DNA of 63,993 nucleotides, filler included, from Octopus bimaculoides (Eukaryota): assembly GCF_001194135.2 (NCBI RefSeq). It is 11 parts of 10 records of this genome, joined end to end, with 100 filler letters (N's around TTAATTAATTAA, not from the genome) between each part and the next. Parts side by side here need not be neighbours in the genome. Positions count along the whole stretch, not along the records: positions 42,811 to 51,058 come from NC_068981.1; positions 51,159 to 57,752 come from NC_068996.1; positions 57,853 to 59,932 come from NW_026402830.1; positions 60,033 to 61,103 come from NC_068983.1; 7 more parts are not named here. The stretch is one strand, 5' to 3'. The position numbers were made by a program, and so were the translations under genes. The notes below the pieces were generated by a model, which saw nothing but the letters and a program-made list of their open reading frames with translations, searched no databases and was not told where the DNA came from. The stretch's first letter is position 1; the number at the start of each line of letters is the position of its first letter. Below, in pieces: positions 49,040 to 61,103 of this stretch.

Positions 49040-50365
49040 CTAAAAAAGACTACTTCTTTTATAACTAATGTTTCCTATATTTCGTTCAGTGATATCAATG
49101 GAAACCTGAATGTCTTGGGTGTTGCATTTCTGCTGGTGTTTTTTTAACAGAAAGAGTATAACCAATGAAGTGGTCATTAACCTGTATGTGCAACTAGGTG
49201 TCCCAAACGGGTTGAATTCATTGTGATAGTAGAAGTCACTTGCTATTCTGAAATGACTCACTCAGTTGACTGGTAGTTTGCAATACCATCGGGAGAATAA
49301 GTGGTCTGTAGCTAGTGTATAAGTACAGTTCGCTGGGTGGGGGTCCAGATTGGACCGGAGCCTACAGAGTCAGGAAGATCTACCGAGCGGTTTTAGAGAT
49401 TTTGCTTTGTTTTCATTATACTATGATTTCATTTTGCTATGTATGCAAACGGAGAATCCCACTTGTGTGCTGTGACTAACAACCTTTAACCTGTTTAAAT
49501 AGTCTGGGTGGTCATCTCAAAATTCTATGCTTACGGTAACATCAATCACTAACTTGAAGAGAAGAATACGGGATTAAGTGCTAACTAATAGGGTAACTTT
49601 CTAATCGGTAACTTCCAATGGACGCCCGTGGCCAAATAAGACAGAAGCCCTGTCTTATTTGGCAGTAGGCGTCCAAGGAGAACGTTTTCCAACATTACTC
49701 TTAAACAATTGATATCACGTATAGGGAAAATACTGTGTGAGTCGATGCGTGTTTTCGTATTATCTGCCGCACATTAAAGCTGGAGGGGTATGAACTTAGC
49801 CAAATATATCCAAAGGCATTTACTAGTTGGTAGGGGTTTTATTGAGGCACTAGACTACAGAATTTGAATTACTAGGTTCAGCGCTGTCTCTGCTGTGAGC
49901 CGGTCGTTTGTGATTCGGGACGACTAGCTATGTCTCTCAAATGACTTAAATTCATTAGATATTGTAGAAGCCACGTGCCTTCCGCGATTGCTCGTTTGTT
50001 GGTATCAGGGTTACAGTGTTACAGGGAGAATAATTAGGCGAGAGCTGAAAGAGGAAAAGATGAAGGATAGACAATAACAAAACGGAATAGGCAGGGACAG
50101 AAGAAATATATAACAGTAGATAGTTTTCAAAGACTATTTCTAAATAGATTAGGATAACAAAAACAAATAGGTGATTGCATAAGCAGAGTAAAAGAAGGTA
50201 TGACGTAAAAGGAAAAAAAAACGTTTGTGAATGAAAGTACGTAAACAAAGAAGAGAAGTGAAAGTTCAGCAAGCATACATCAGATATTTATTTAGGAAAA
50301 AGAGAAAAGATTAAGATATTTGAGAGTGGAATATCGAGATGTTTATAAATAGATGATTATCACAT

Positions 50366-50670
50366 GACTTGATAGGAAGTGGGCTGGGAATAAAATCAAA
50401 TTTGTTCTCAAGGGGGGTAAGTTTGTGTTTTGGCGGAAGAGGTTAGCGTGTTGAAGCTATTCATTCAGAAATGTGTGATGTGGTGGTGATATATATATAA
50501 CGTATATGTGTGTGTGGGTGTATGTATCACTTTATAAGCGTTCACCACCTCCACCACTGCACATTTCTAAATGAATAGCTTCAACACGCCTTTTTCTTTC
50601 ACCAAAACATAAACTTACAACCCTTCAGAACAAATTTGATTTCATTCCCAGCCCACCTCCTGTCAAAGCC
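50366..50670. repeat. Fold-back (MITE-like) element, ~125-bp imperfect arms
   Basis: GTGGGCTGGGAATAAAATCAAATTTGTTCT...GCGTGTTGAAGCTATTCATT.AGAAATGTG is mirrored at 50545-50670. Confidence 0.85.
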
Positions 50671-51225
50671 GCAAAAGTATTTCTCTCCCAAGAAATTATA
50701 TCACATCGGCGTTAAAGGAGGAAGAAAGGTGAGATATAAGAGGTGAGGTTCCTTTTGGTATTTTGCATTGTACTATACATTGTACTATACCTCGTAGAAT
50801 TCTCCATTTACACATAATTTCCTCGGTAGTCCGAAATCCGTCCATACCTTGCCACGATTCAGTGTGTAGTGTTAAGTTGGTGGTTAAGAACAATATAATA
50901 AAATGATAAAATGAAATAATAATATAATATAAAATATATATATAATCAAATGAATAATAACAGACGATGGATAATTGTCAGCTCATTATAACTGTTTCTT
51001 GCGCATTTTTTTAATAAAAGGATGAGAACATTACTTCATTAAAAAAACCTAATCATCGNNNNNNNNNNNNNNNNNNNNNNNNNNNNNNNNNNNNNNNNNN
51101 NNTTAATTAATTAANNNNNNNNNNNNNNNNNNNNNNNNNNNNNNNNNNNNNNNNNNNNGTTGTAGGTGCTGCTGTTGCTCGTGCTGTTGTTGCTGCTATT
51201 GCTGCTACCGTTGCCGCTGATGCTA

Positions 51226-51264
<39 letters not shown>

Positions 51265-53037
51265 CAGAGGCAACTGGTCCAGGTCCATCGCTGGCTCTAA
51301 CGGCATCAGCAGTAGAAGAGGCAGTAGCGATAGCACTACTGTCATGTGTGTGTGTGTGTGTGTGTGTGTGCATGTGTGTGTGCATGTGTGTGTGTGTGCG
51401 TGCGCGTGTATGTGTGTGTGCGTGTGTGTGCCTGTATGTCTGCATGTATGTGTGTATGTATGTGTTTGTATGTATGTATGTATGTATGTATTTATGTATG
51501 CATGTATGCATGGATGTATGTATGTGTATGTGTATGGATGTAACAAAGTCCATCCACCACACTTTTCAGTCTATCATCATTGCCTCGAGGTCCGGGATAC
51601 ACTCTAGGCCCGTGTCTGCAATCAAGTTGTGAATGTAAGCAGATGACCTTTTCCTCTTCTTATACCACCATGAAGTGGGTTCGAGGCTAATTAGGGTTCT
51701 TCCAGCTCAAAGTGGCCCACGGAGTAGCCAGATAATCACCGTCGTCCTTGCCTGATTCATCAAATTAACACTTAATTACAACTACTTCGTTGAAAGCTTA
51801 TATCAACCCTGATCAATATTTGAGCCGAATTCAAATCATTCATACACAAACTATATTGAACAGACTATGAAACCATCTTGTGTGGAAGTAGCAACCAAAA
51901 TTTCTTTACATCATACTCCATTCCTTTAAAAAGGATAAGTAAGATTACATTAGATACACAATGCATTAATAAAAAGAAAAATAAACGAGATGGCCATGGA
52001 TAGAATGCTTGTCATCATAGGCCTATTCTTTCAAAGCAGACTTTGTGGTAATGAAGAACAATAACAACAAAAGTCACGGTAAAACTGATAGCATCTGGAC
52101 TGACACTGAAGCAGTATCGTCCATTTTCCATTGATATTTTCTGTTAAAAACCAAGCAGATAAGAAATAATGGCTGATAGTTCGGGTAGAGTGGAAGTCAG
52201 AGGATTTATTTAAAACATTTCATCTCATCAAGTGCTTTTCCCAATGAATTTTTATATATATATATATNNNNNNNNNNNNNNNNNNNNNNNNNNNNNNNNN
52301 NNNNNNNNNNNNNNNNNNNNNNNNNNNNNNNNNNNNNNNNNNNNNNNNNNNNNNNNNNNNNNNNNNNNNNNNNNNNNNNNNNNNNNNNNNNNNNNNNNNN
52401 NNNNNNNNNNNNNNNNNNNNNNNNNNNNNNNNNNNNNNNNNNNNNNNNNNNNNNNNNNNNNNNNNNNNNNNNNNNNNNNNNNNNNNNNNNNNNNNNNNNN
52501 NNNNNNNNNNNNNNNNNNNNNNNNNNNNNNNNNNNNNNNNNNNNNNNNNNNNNNNNNNNNNNNNNNNNNNNNNNNNNNNNNNNNNNNNNNNNNNNNNNNN
52601 NNNNNNNNNNNNNNNNNNNNNNNNNNNNNNNNNNNNNNNNNNNNNNNNNNNNNNNNNNNNNNNNNNNNNNNNNNNNNNNNNNNNNNNNNNNNNNNNNNNN
52701 NNNNNNNNNNNNNNNNNNNNNNNNNNNNNNNNNNNNNNNNNNNNNNNNNNNNNNNNNNNNNNNNNNNNNNNNNNNNNNNNNNNNNNNNNNNNNNNNNNNN
52801 NNNNNNNNNNNNNNNNNNNNNNNNNNNNNNNNNNNNNNNNNNNNNNNNNNNNNNNNNNNNNNNNNNNNNNNNNNNNNNNNNNNNNNNNNNNNNNNNNNNN
52901 NNNNNNNNNNNNNNNNNNNNNNNNNNNNNNNNNNNNNNNNNNNNNNNNNNNNNNNNNNNNNNNNNNNNNNNNNNNNNNNNNNNNNNNNNNNNNNNNNNNN
53001 NNNNNNNNNNNNNNNNNNNNNNNNNNNNNNNNNNNNN

Positions 53038-53074
<37 letters not shown>

Positions 53075-53076
<2 letters not shown>

Positions 53077-53205
53077 CGACGGGCTTCTTTCAGTTTCCGT
53101 CTACCAAATCCACTCACAAGGCTTTGGTCGGCCCGAGGCTATAGTAGAAGACACTTGCACAAGGTACCACGCAGTGAGACTGAACCCGGAACCATGTGGT
53201 TGGTA
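53075..53205 (-). mobile_element. SINE-A 5' half
   Basis: ACGACGGGCTTCTTTCAGTTTCCGTCTACCAAATCC...GACTGAACCCGGAACCATGTGGTTGGTAA. Confidence 0.85.
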
Positions 53206-53504
53206 AATTCGGTAAAATAGATGCAATTGTGTTTCAGCTTGAAATTTTTTTTGAGAGAAAGAGAGAGTATGTGGATGAAAAGGGAGATAGTAAGAGACGG
53301 GGGATGGAGAAGTACCAGATGTTTGAGCGGCCAAATATAAGCGAAGAGGAAGGATTAAGAGTAGTGCGAAGAAAGTATTAGATAATGTGGTGATACTACA
53401 TGGTCACTATGTTCTGAAGATCAGATATTGTAGTTGTTAAAGTAGGCCACACACACACATACGCACACAAACAGGCACACAAGCACATGCATATATATAT
53501 ATAT

Positions 53505-53634
53505 AAAAACCCTACAATTATTGAATTCATCCATGAAAATCCACAACTACATATAGAAAAAATAATATATATATTCATATATCTATATGTGATTGTGGAT
53601 TTTCATGGATGAATTCAATAATTGTAGGGTTTTT
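53505..53634. repeat. Palindrome, 53-bp arms, 24-nt loop
   Basis: 53505-53557 versus the reverse complement of 53582-53634 shows 2 mismatches. Confidence 0.9.
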
Positions 53635-53761
53635 CTCTAAATTATATATTTATATATTATATACTGTGGAATTTAATTTAATTTTAATTATGATAAATTA
53701 AATTAAATTGAATTTTTCGCAGTAAATTTGTATTTTTATCCCTAATATTATTATCATTATA

Positions 53762-53799
<38 letters not shown>

Positions 53800-54813
53800 N
53801 NNNNNNNNNNNNNNNNNNNNNNNNNNNNNNNNNNNNNNNNNNNNNNNNNNNNNNNNNNNNNNNNNNNNNNNNNNNNNNNNNNNNNNNNNNNNNNNNNNNN
53901 NNNNNNNNNNNNNNNNNNNNNNNNNNNNNNNNNNNNNNNNNNNNNNNNNNNNNNNNNNNNNNNNNNNNNNNNNNNNNNNNNNNNNNNNNNNNNNNNNNNN
54001 NNNNNNNNNNNNNNNNNNNNNNNNNNNNNNNNNNNNNNNNNNNNNNNNNNNNNNNNNNNNNNNNNNNNNNNNNNNNNNNNNNNNNNNNNNNNNNNNNNNN
54101 NNNNNNNNNNNNNNNNNNNNNNNNNNNNNNNNNNNNNNNNNNNNNNNNNNNNNNNNNNNNNNNNNNNNNNNNNNNNNNNNNNNNNNNNNNNNNNNNNNNN
54201 NNNNNNNNNNNNNNNNNNNNNNNNNNNNNNNNNNNNNNNNNNNNNNNNNNNNNNNNNNNNNNNNNNNNNNNNNNNNNNNNNNNNNNNNNNNNNNNNNNNN
54301 NNNNNNNNNNNNNNNNNNNNNNNNNNNNNNNNNNNNNNNNNNNNNNNNNNNNNNNNNNNNNNNNNNNNNNNNNNNNNNNNNNNNNNNNNNNNNNNNNNNN
54401 NNNNNNNNNNNNNNNNNNNNNNNNNNNNNNNNNNNNNNNNNNNNNNNNNNNNNNNNNNNNNNNNNNNNNNNNNNNNNNNNNNNNNNNNNNNNNNNNNNNN
54501 NNNNNNNNNNNNNNNNNNNNNNNNNNNNNNNNNNNNNNNNNNNNNNNNNNNNNNNNNNNNNNNNNNNNNNNNNNNNNNNNNNNNNNNNNNNNNNNNNNNN
54601 NNNNNNNNNNNNNNNNNNNNNNNNNNNNNNNNNNNNNNNNNNNNNNNNNNNNNNNNNNNNNNNNNNNNNNNNNNNNNNNNNNNNNNNNNNNNNNNNNNNN
54701 NNNNNNNNNNNNNNNNNNNNNNNNNNNNNNNNNNNNNNNNNNNNNNNNNNNNNNNNNNNNNNNNNNNNNNNNNNNNNNNNNNNNNNNNNNNNNNTATATA
54801 TATATGTGTGTGT

Positions 54814-54845
<32 letters not shown>

Positions 54846-54878
54846 ATAAACCTGTCTGCGTTTATGTTACCTGCTTAC

Positions 54879-54896
54879 CATCTTGTTGACTTCCGT
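54879..54896 (-). CDS. Candidate 18-nt symmetric phase-1 micro-exon
   Basis: ttacacttctttataaacag|AC GGA AGT CAA CAA GAT G|GTAAGC = (H)GSQQD. Confidence 0.45.
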
Positions 54897-55001
54897 CTGT
54901 TTATAAAGAAGTGTAATTTAGCAATTTGATGAAGAGGTTTACTAAAATAAGTAGTTTCTTCACCGCTTTATTTAATGTGGTGTACCAGCATAATCGCTTA
55001 C

Positions 55002-55028
55002 GAAGCATGAAAACCAGTAACAGAATAG
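55002..55028 (-). CDS. Candidate 27-nt symmetric phase-1 hydrophobic micro-exon
   Basis: gaatttttttaaag|CT ATT CTG TTA CTG GTT TTC ATG CTT C|GTAAGC = (x)ILLLVFML. Confidence 0.45.
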
Positions 55029-56019
55029 CTTTAAAAAAATTCTATGTAAGCATTTCTTCGTGTAGAGACAGGTTTATGTATACACCCAGATGTGTGTGTA
55101 TATAAGAGAGAGAAAGTATAGGTGTAAATGTGTGCTGTGTACTTGTGTATACATATGTGTATCTGGTGTGTGTGCACGAGTATGTGATCATACGTATATG
55201 TATGTGCACGCGCATTTGTATGAGTGTAAGTGCGTGTGTTATACGTTTCATTTCTGACAAAGTATCCAATCAATTTAAGCAACCAATATTAAACTTTAAA
55301 ACAGTCTGAGAATTGTTTATAGCTTAACAATAATAGAGAGGAAGTAATGGATTGAGCCTATGAACTTAGCAGGCCCTTCTTAGGTTGACGAGGCTGATAC
55401 AGTTTATGTCCGGTTTGAACACCTGTAAGACGGCGACTGCTAGAAAATCATGCTGTCTTAAGAGAATTGATCAGAGTTGTCGCTGTGGGGGATGCAAGGT
55501 CAAGTACTGTTGTTTATACAAGATGTAGGGAGGAAGACACAGGTGGTACAAAAGCAAAAATAATAGAGAAGTAGACGCTCTTGTAGTAACAATAAAACAG
55601 GTAGCGTGAGAAGACATTGCATTTGTCCGTCTGAGGGAAAAACAAAGGAATTTGAGAATTGCATTATTTAGGAGAGAGATAGGATCATGTAAAGCGAAAT
55701 AAGTAAATAGCATATTGCCAACGAATGAAATAATGTTATGGAGTGAGCGAAAAGTTGATCTTACAGTTGTAGCTTAGCCTCACAGTATATATATATATAC
55801 GTATGTATGTATGTATGTATGTATGTATGTATGTATGTATGTATGTATGTATGTATGTATGCATGTATGTATGTATGTGTGTATGCATGTATGTCAGAAT
55901 GATGTAAACGTCTCTGATGAGAACCGAATAAGGTTCGAAAATCGATTAAGATTGTTCATCATTTTTTCAGTCTGCGGAGAAATGGCTAAAATTTGCCCTA
56001 TTTATAATTATATCGTATG

Positions 56020-56058
<39 letters not shown>

Positions 56059-56702
56059 NNNNNNNNNNNNNNNNNNNNNNNNNNNNNNNNNNNNNNNNNN
56101 NNNNNNNNNNNNNNNNNNNNNNNNNNNNNNNNNNNNNNNNNNNNNNNNNNNNNNNNNNNNNNNNNNNNNNNNNNNNNNNNNNNNNNNNNNNNNNNNNNNN
56201 NNNNNNNNNNNNNNNNNNNNNNNNNNNNNNNNNNNNNNNNNNNNNNNNNNNNNNNNNNNNNNNNNNNNNNNNNNNNNNNNNNNNNNNNNNNNNNNNNNNN
56301 NNNNNNNNNNNNNNNNNNNNNNNNNNNNNNNNNNNNNNNNNNNNNNNNNNNNNNNNNNNNNNNNNNNNNNNNNNNNNNNNNNNNNNNNNNNNNNNNNNNN
56401 NNNNNNNNNNNNNNNNNNNNNNNNNNNNNNNNNNNNNNNNNNNNNNNNNNNNNNNNNNNNNNNNNNNNNNNNNNNNNNNNNNNNNNNNNNNNNNNNNNNN
56501 NNNNNNNNNNNNNNNNNNNNNNNNNNNNNNNNNNNNNNNNNNNNNNNNNNNNNNNNNNNNNNNNNNNNNNNNNNNNNNNNNNNNNNNNNNNNNNNNNNNN
56601 NNNNNNNNNNNNNNNNNNNNNNNNNNNNNNNNNNNNNNNNNNNNNNNNNNNNNNNNNNNNNNNNNNNNNNNNNNNNNNNNNNNNNNNNNNNNNNNNNNNN
56701 NN

Positions 56703-56734
<32 letters not shown>

Positions 56735-57248
56735 AGAGAGATAGAGATAATAGTGAGGGATTATCAACCCGGGAAAAATGCTCCATAAGCTCTGTTGGCA
56801 CACTAGGCAAGCTAACAATATTAATTATTTAGATTGGTGAAGAACTCCATATAGTCTTGGCAGGGTCCAAAGTGATGGTTCATCACAATTCCATATTGTA
56901 AATCTATGGACGGGCTCCAGACAAACTGGTTTTTGCACAAGGTAAAAATAATGATCATTACATATTTGTCTTTTATTGGAGCAAATTTGTCTTACAGCTG
57001 TTTCTAGCAGTCATTATAGGTACATTACTGATAGATTTACATAATTGGTTTATTCAAATTTTGTTGTTATTACCAGAAATGAGTCTGACGAAAGTGGCAT
57101 TAATCTTTTTAGGTCATGCAATTATTATCAACTAATCAATAGACAATTAAGTAAACCTGTCAGTAATGTACCTACAATGACAACTGGAAACAGATGTAAG
57201 CCAAATATGCCTCGATAAAGGAAAAATATTTAATGGCCAAACTTGTTT

Positions 57249-57301
<53 letters not shown>

Positions 57302-57899
57302 TAAGAAAAAGAATTCGTTGTGAATGAATCCATTATGAATCCCCGAAGGGGACGAAAGCGCTAAAATAATTAGTTTTTATCTAAATCTTCACTACTTCCA
57401 TTTTCTTATTGGTGAAAATCTGTACACCACTTCAATCAATACAACACACACATACACACAACACACACACATACACACACACAAACATATACATGTATAC
57501 ATGCATACATTATACATACAAAATATACATACAAAACATACATACGTACATATTATTTTATATTATTTATATTATTTATATTATTACATATATACATATA
57601 ATCGAAATAATATGACAAAGAAATCCTTTAACACATGCTTTATGATTCGTTACAATTGTTACTGTACCAACTCTGCTTGCAATGCCAGTTTACGCAATAT
57701 TCGAATTGAAAATTTATATTTATATGTGTGTTTGTGTGTATTTGTATATATANNNNNNNNNNNNNNNNNNNNNNNNNNNNNNNNNNNNNNNNNNNNTTAA
57801 TTAATTAANNNNNNNNNNNNNNNNNNNNNNNNNNNNNNNNNNNNNNNNNNNNACAACCCCAAAAACATCGAAGCATACACCACAATCAAACAAAACCTC

Positions 57900-58660
57900 C
57901 CCGTATATTTTTGCTTCGCTAGAGTTTTTCTTTGAGAAGTATTCCGTGATCTTCTCCTAGCACATTAGCAGTTCACTTAGTGGTCTCTTTTACATATACA
58001 TATACAATAATCCTTTTGAGATCGCAGATAATTTTTTCTGAATCTCCTGATTCTTTCAATGTGCTAATTTCCTGGTATTAAATTGATATTAATTAGTATC
58101 CAATTTTTTTCGCTACTATTTTAATTAACCATAACCAAGTTCTCAAAGTTGGTAAATTTGATGCAGAAATTATTTTCTACAGAGATATTTCTGGATTTAG
58201 CGCTCCAAAACAAAGACTTTTGAATATTACCCTATATAATTAATAGAAGCATGTGCACGTTCTTCACTAGTTAGGAACAACTAGTACATGATTCGGGAAA
58301 TTATATTTCTTTGGTGGTCCGTACTGATGAGAAACTGATATTTTTGGTAAGAAAATGTAGATTTCGAAACCTTGGACTACGGTTAAGCATTGCATTTATT
58401 TCTGTAATTTTCACTAGTCTCGCCCGTATGTTTTTGCTTCGCTAGATTTTTTCTTTGAGAACTATTTGGTGATCTTCTTCTAGCACATCAGCAGTCCACT
58501 TAGTGGTCTTTTTATATATACATATACAATAATCCCTTTGAGATCGCAGTTAATTTTTTCTGAATCTACTGATTCTTTTAATGTGCTAGTTTCCTGGTAT
58601 TAAATTGATATTAATTAATATTCAATTTTTTACCCTACTATTTTAATTATATATACATGT
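57900..58660. repeat. ~523-bp tandem duplication or collapsed satellite between gaps
   Basis: A ~230-bp block starting CCGTAT at 57901 recurs at 58424 with high but imperfect identity. Confidence 0.85.
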
Positions 58661-59742
58661 ATATATTTATATATNNNNNNNNNNNNNNNNNNNNNNNNNN
58701 NNNNNNNNNNNNNNNNNNNNNNNNNNNNNNNNNNNNNNNNNNNNNNNNNNNNNNNNNNNNNNNNNNNNNNNNNNNNNNNNNNNNNNNNNNNNNNNNNNNN
58801 NNNNNNNNNNNNNNNNNNNNNNNNNNNNNNNNNNNNNNNNNNNNNNNNNNNNNNNNNNNNNNNNNNNNNNNNNNNNNNNNNNNNNNNNNNNNNNNNNNNN
58901 NNNNNNNNNNNNNNNNNNNNNNNNNNNNNNNNNNNNNNNNNNNNNNNNNNNNNNNNNNNNNNNNNNNNNNNNNNNNNNNNNNNNNNNNNNNNNNNNNNNN
59001 NNNNNNNNNNNNNNNNNNNNNNNNNNNNNNNNNNNNNNNNNNNNNNNNNNNNNNNNNNNNNNNNNNNNNNNNNNNNNNNNNNNNNNNNNNNNNNNNNNNN
59101 NNNNNNNNNNNNNNNNNNNNNNNNNNNNNNNNNNNNNNNNNNNNNNNNNNNNNNNNNNNNNNNNNNNNNNNNNNNNNNNNNNNNNNNNNNNNNNNNNNNN
59201 NNNNNNNNNNNNNNNNNNNNNNNNNNNNNNNNNNNNNNNNNNNNNNNNNNNNNNNNNNNNNNNNNNNNNNNNNNNNNNNNNNNNNNNNNNNNNNNNNNNN
59301 NNNNNNNNNNNNNNNNNNNNNNNNNNNNNNNNNNNNNNNNNNNNNNNNNNNNNNNNNNNNNNNNNNNNNNNNNNNNNNNNNNNNNNNNNNNNNNNNNNNN
59401 NNNNNNNNNNNNNNNNNNNNNNNNNNNNNNTAGCACGGCAGTTTATGATGAAGCAATTGCTGGTGATCTGTTGCTACACAGTTTTGCTAGAATTCTATCA
59501 GATTGGGCAGAAGATGTTGATGCACCATTTTGCATTATGTTCAAAGTAGCTTCTGGAATGTGGTGCATTGCTGCAGTCTGTTGCTGTCATTTTAAACCGG
59601 TTGCTGTCTTTCCCCAGCAAACTCTCTTCTTTGGAGGTATAATCTATGTATATATTAAACAGAACAACAAAAGTTATAATAGATGGCAGGGTTGGTACTT
59701 TTCACATATCTGTAATTTTTCAGATTAATACCCGCACGATTA

Positions 59743-59914
59743 CCCAACCCTAATCCTAAACCTAATCCTAAAACTAACCCTAACACTAAACCCTAACCCT
59801 AACCCTAAAAACCCTAACCCTGACCCTAAAACCATAACCGTAACACTAATCCTAACCCTAACCGTAACCCTAAACCCTAACTCTAAACCCTAAAACCCTA
59901 ACCCTAACACCCTA
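59743..59914. repeat. Degenerate interstitial (CCCTAA)n telomere-like tract
   Basis: Multiple CCCTAA units mixed with CCTAAT, CCCTAAA, CCGTAA and CCCTGA variants. Confidence 0.85.
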
Positions 59915-60893
59915 GTGAAAATCGTGGTATATNNNNNNNNNNNNNNNNNNNNNNNNNNNNNNNNNNNNNNNNNNNNTTAATTAATTAANNNNNNNNNNNN
60001 NNNNNNNNNNNNNNNNNNNNNNNNNNNNNNNNTATATATATATATATATATATATATGCACATATACAGAAAAATGTAATTATTTGTATATATGTATATA
60101 TGTATGTCTGCGTGTATTCTTGTCTATATGCGTCTGTGTATGTATACAAAATGCATTTTCACATTGAAAAGTGCATACTGTATTCTATAGTTCTTCAGAA
60201 CGAATTTCTTCCAGGCACGCATTGATTCTAATTCTATGGACACGCTGCATATTGTAGCTATGTTTCTGATATTTTAGCTCCTTCTGCGTATAAACACTTT
60301 TAACGTTAACGTCGATATAAAATTATTAATTTCAATATCACTCTCTTTGTTGAACCGTTGATCTTGTATCACGTGCCTTCCACTCATGAAGTATCTGTGG
60401 TTAATCTTCTAGAATAATATTTGGAGCAGAATTGATATATTATCGACACTTGAATTCATCTCTTTGTGTATTGACGATTGCAAGACAATATACGTCTATT
60501 GTTCTCCATGCCTTAAAAACTAGCTACCATTATGCAAGTCGTAGGAAATCTGTTAATCTCTCCAACTTTGTATTGTTCTTTCTCTACTTAAACTGTCGTC
60601 CCTCGTCTTTCATCGTTTTTCAAGGGCAAATGTAATTCGCAGTGGACACCTTAGAAGTTATCGATACTGTTTTACAACGAGAAACTGCGATGGATTCAGC
60701 AGATAGATGAAAGAATCAGACTTGAAATATCCTTTGGTACAGTATTTTCTTTTCACCGGGGAAATGTAGCATTGTCAATTTGTGGAATATTGCTTCTAAT
60801 GCAACACTGGCGGGAAATTTGGGCCGCAGGAATACTCTCAGCTTCAGTTGTTATAAGAATAATAATAATAATGAAAATAATAATAATGATGAT

Positions 60894-60941
<48 letters not shown>

Positions 60942-60944
<3 letters not shown>

Positions 60945-61103
60945 CTTGCCAACGTCAGAAGAAACATTATAAAAAAAAAATTACTAACTGAAGTAGAGAT
61001 TGACCAAATTAAGCAAGCAGTAAAGGATAAAAAGAATGAAACTGCAGCTAAAGAAGATACTACAGAGGAAATAATTATAAACCAGCCCAAGGCTGATGAA
61101 AAT
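60942..61103 (+). mobile_element. R4/Dong-clade ORF N-terminal fragment directly after (TAA)n
   Basis: KLANVRRNIIKKKLLTEVEIDQIKQAV resembles, from recall, the N-terminal KLA..RR.I.K.K.LTE.EI..IK motif of R4/Dong ORFs. Ends at a join. Confidence 0.55.

Noticed and set aside
49955-50090. Strong minus-strand acceptor at ~50045
   Set aside because: The phase-1 frame stops immediately and no strong donor follows; it is probably just a purine-rich tract.
59431-59730. Coding-looking stretch (ORF 59471-59728 and minus frames)
   Set aside because: The minus frames are interrupted by stops, there is no recognisable domain and no matched splice pair.
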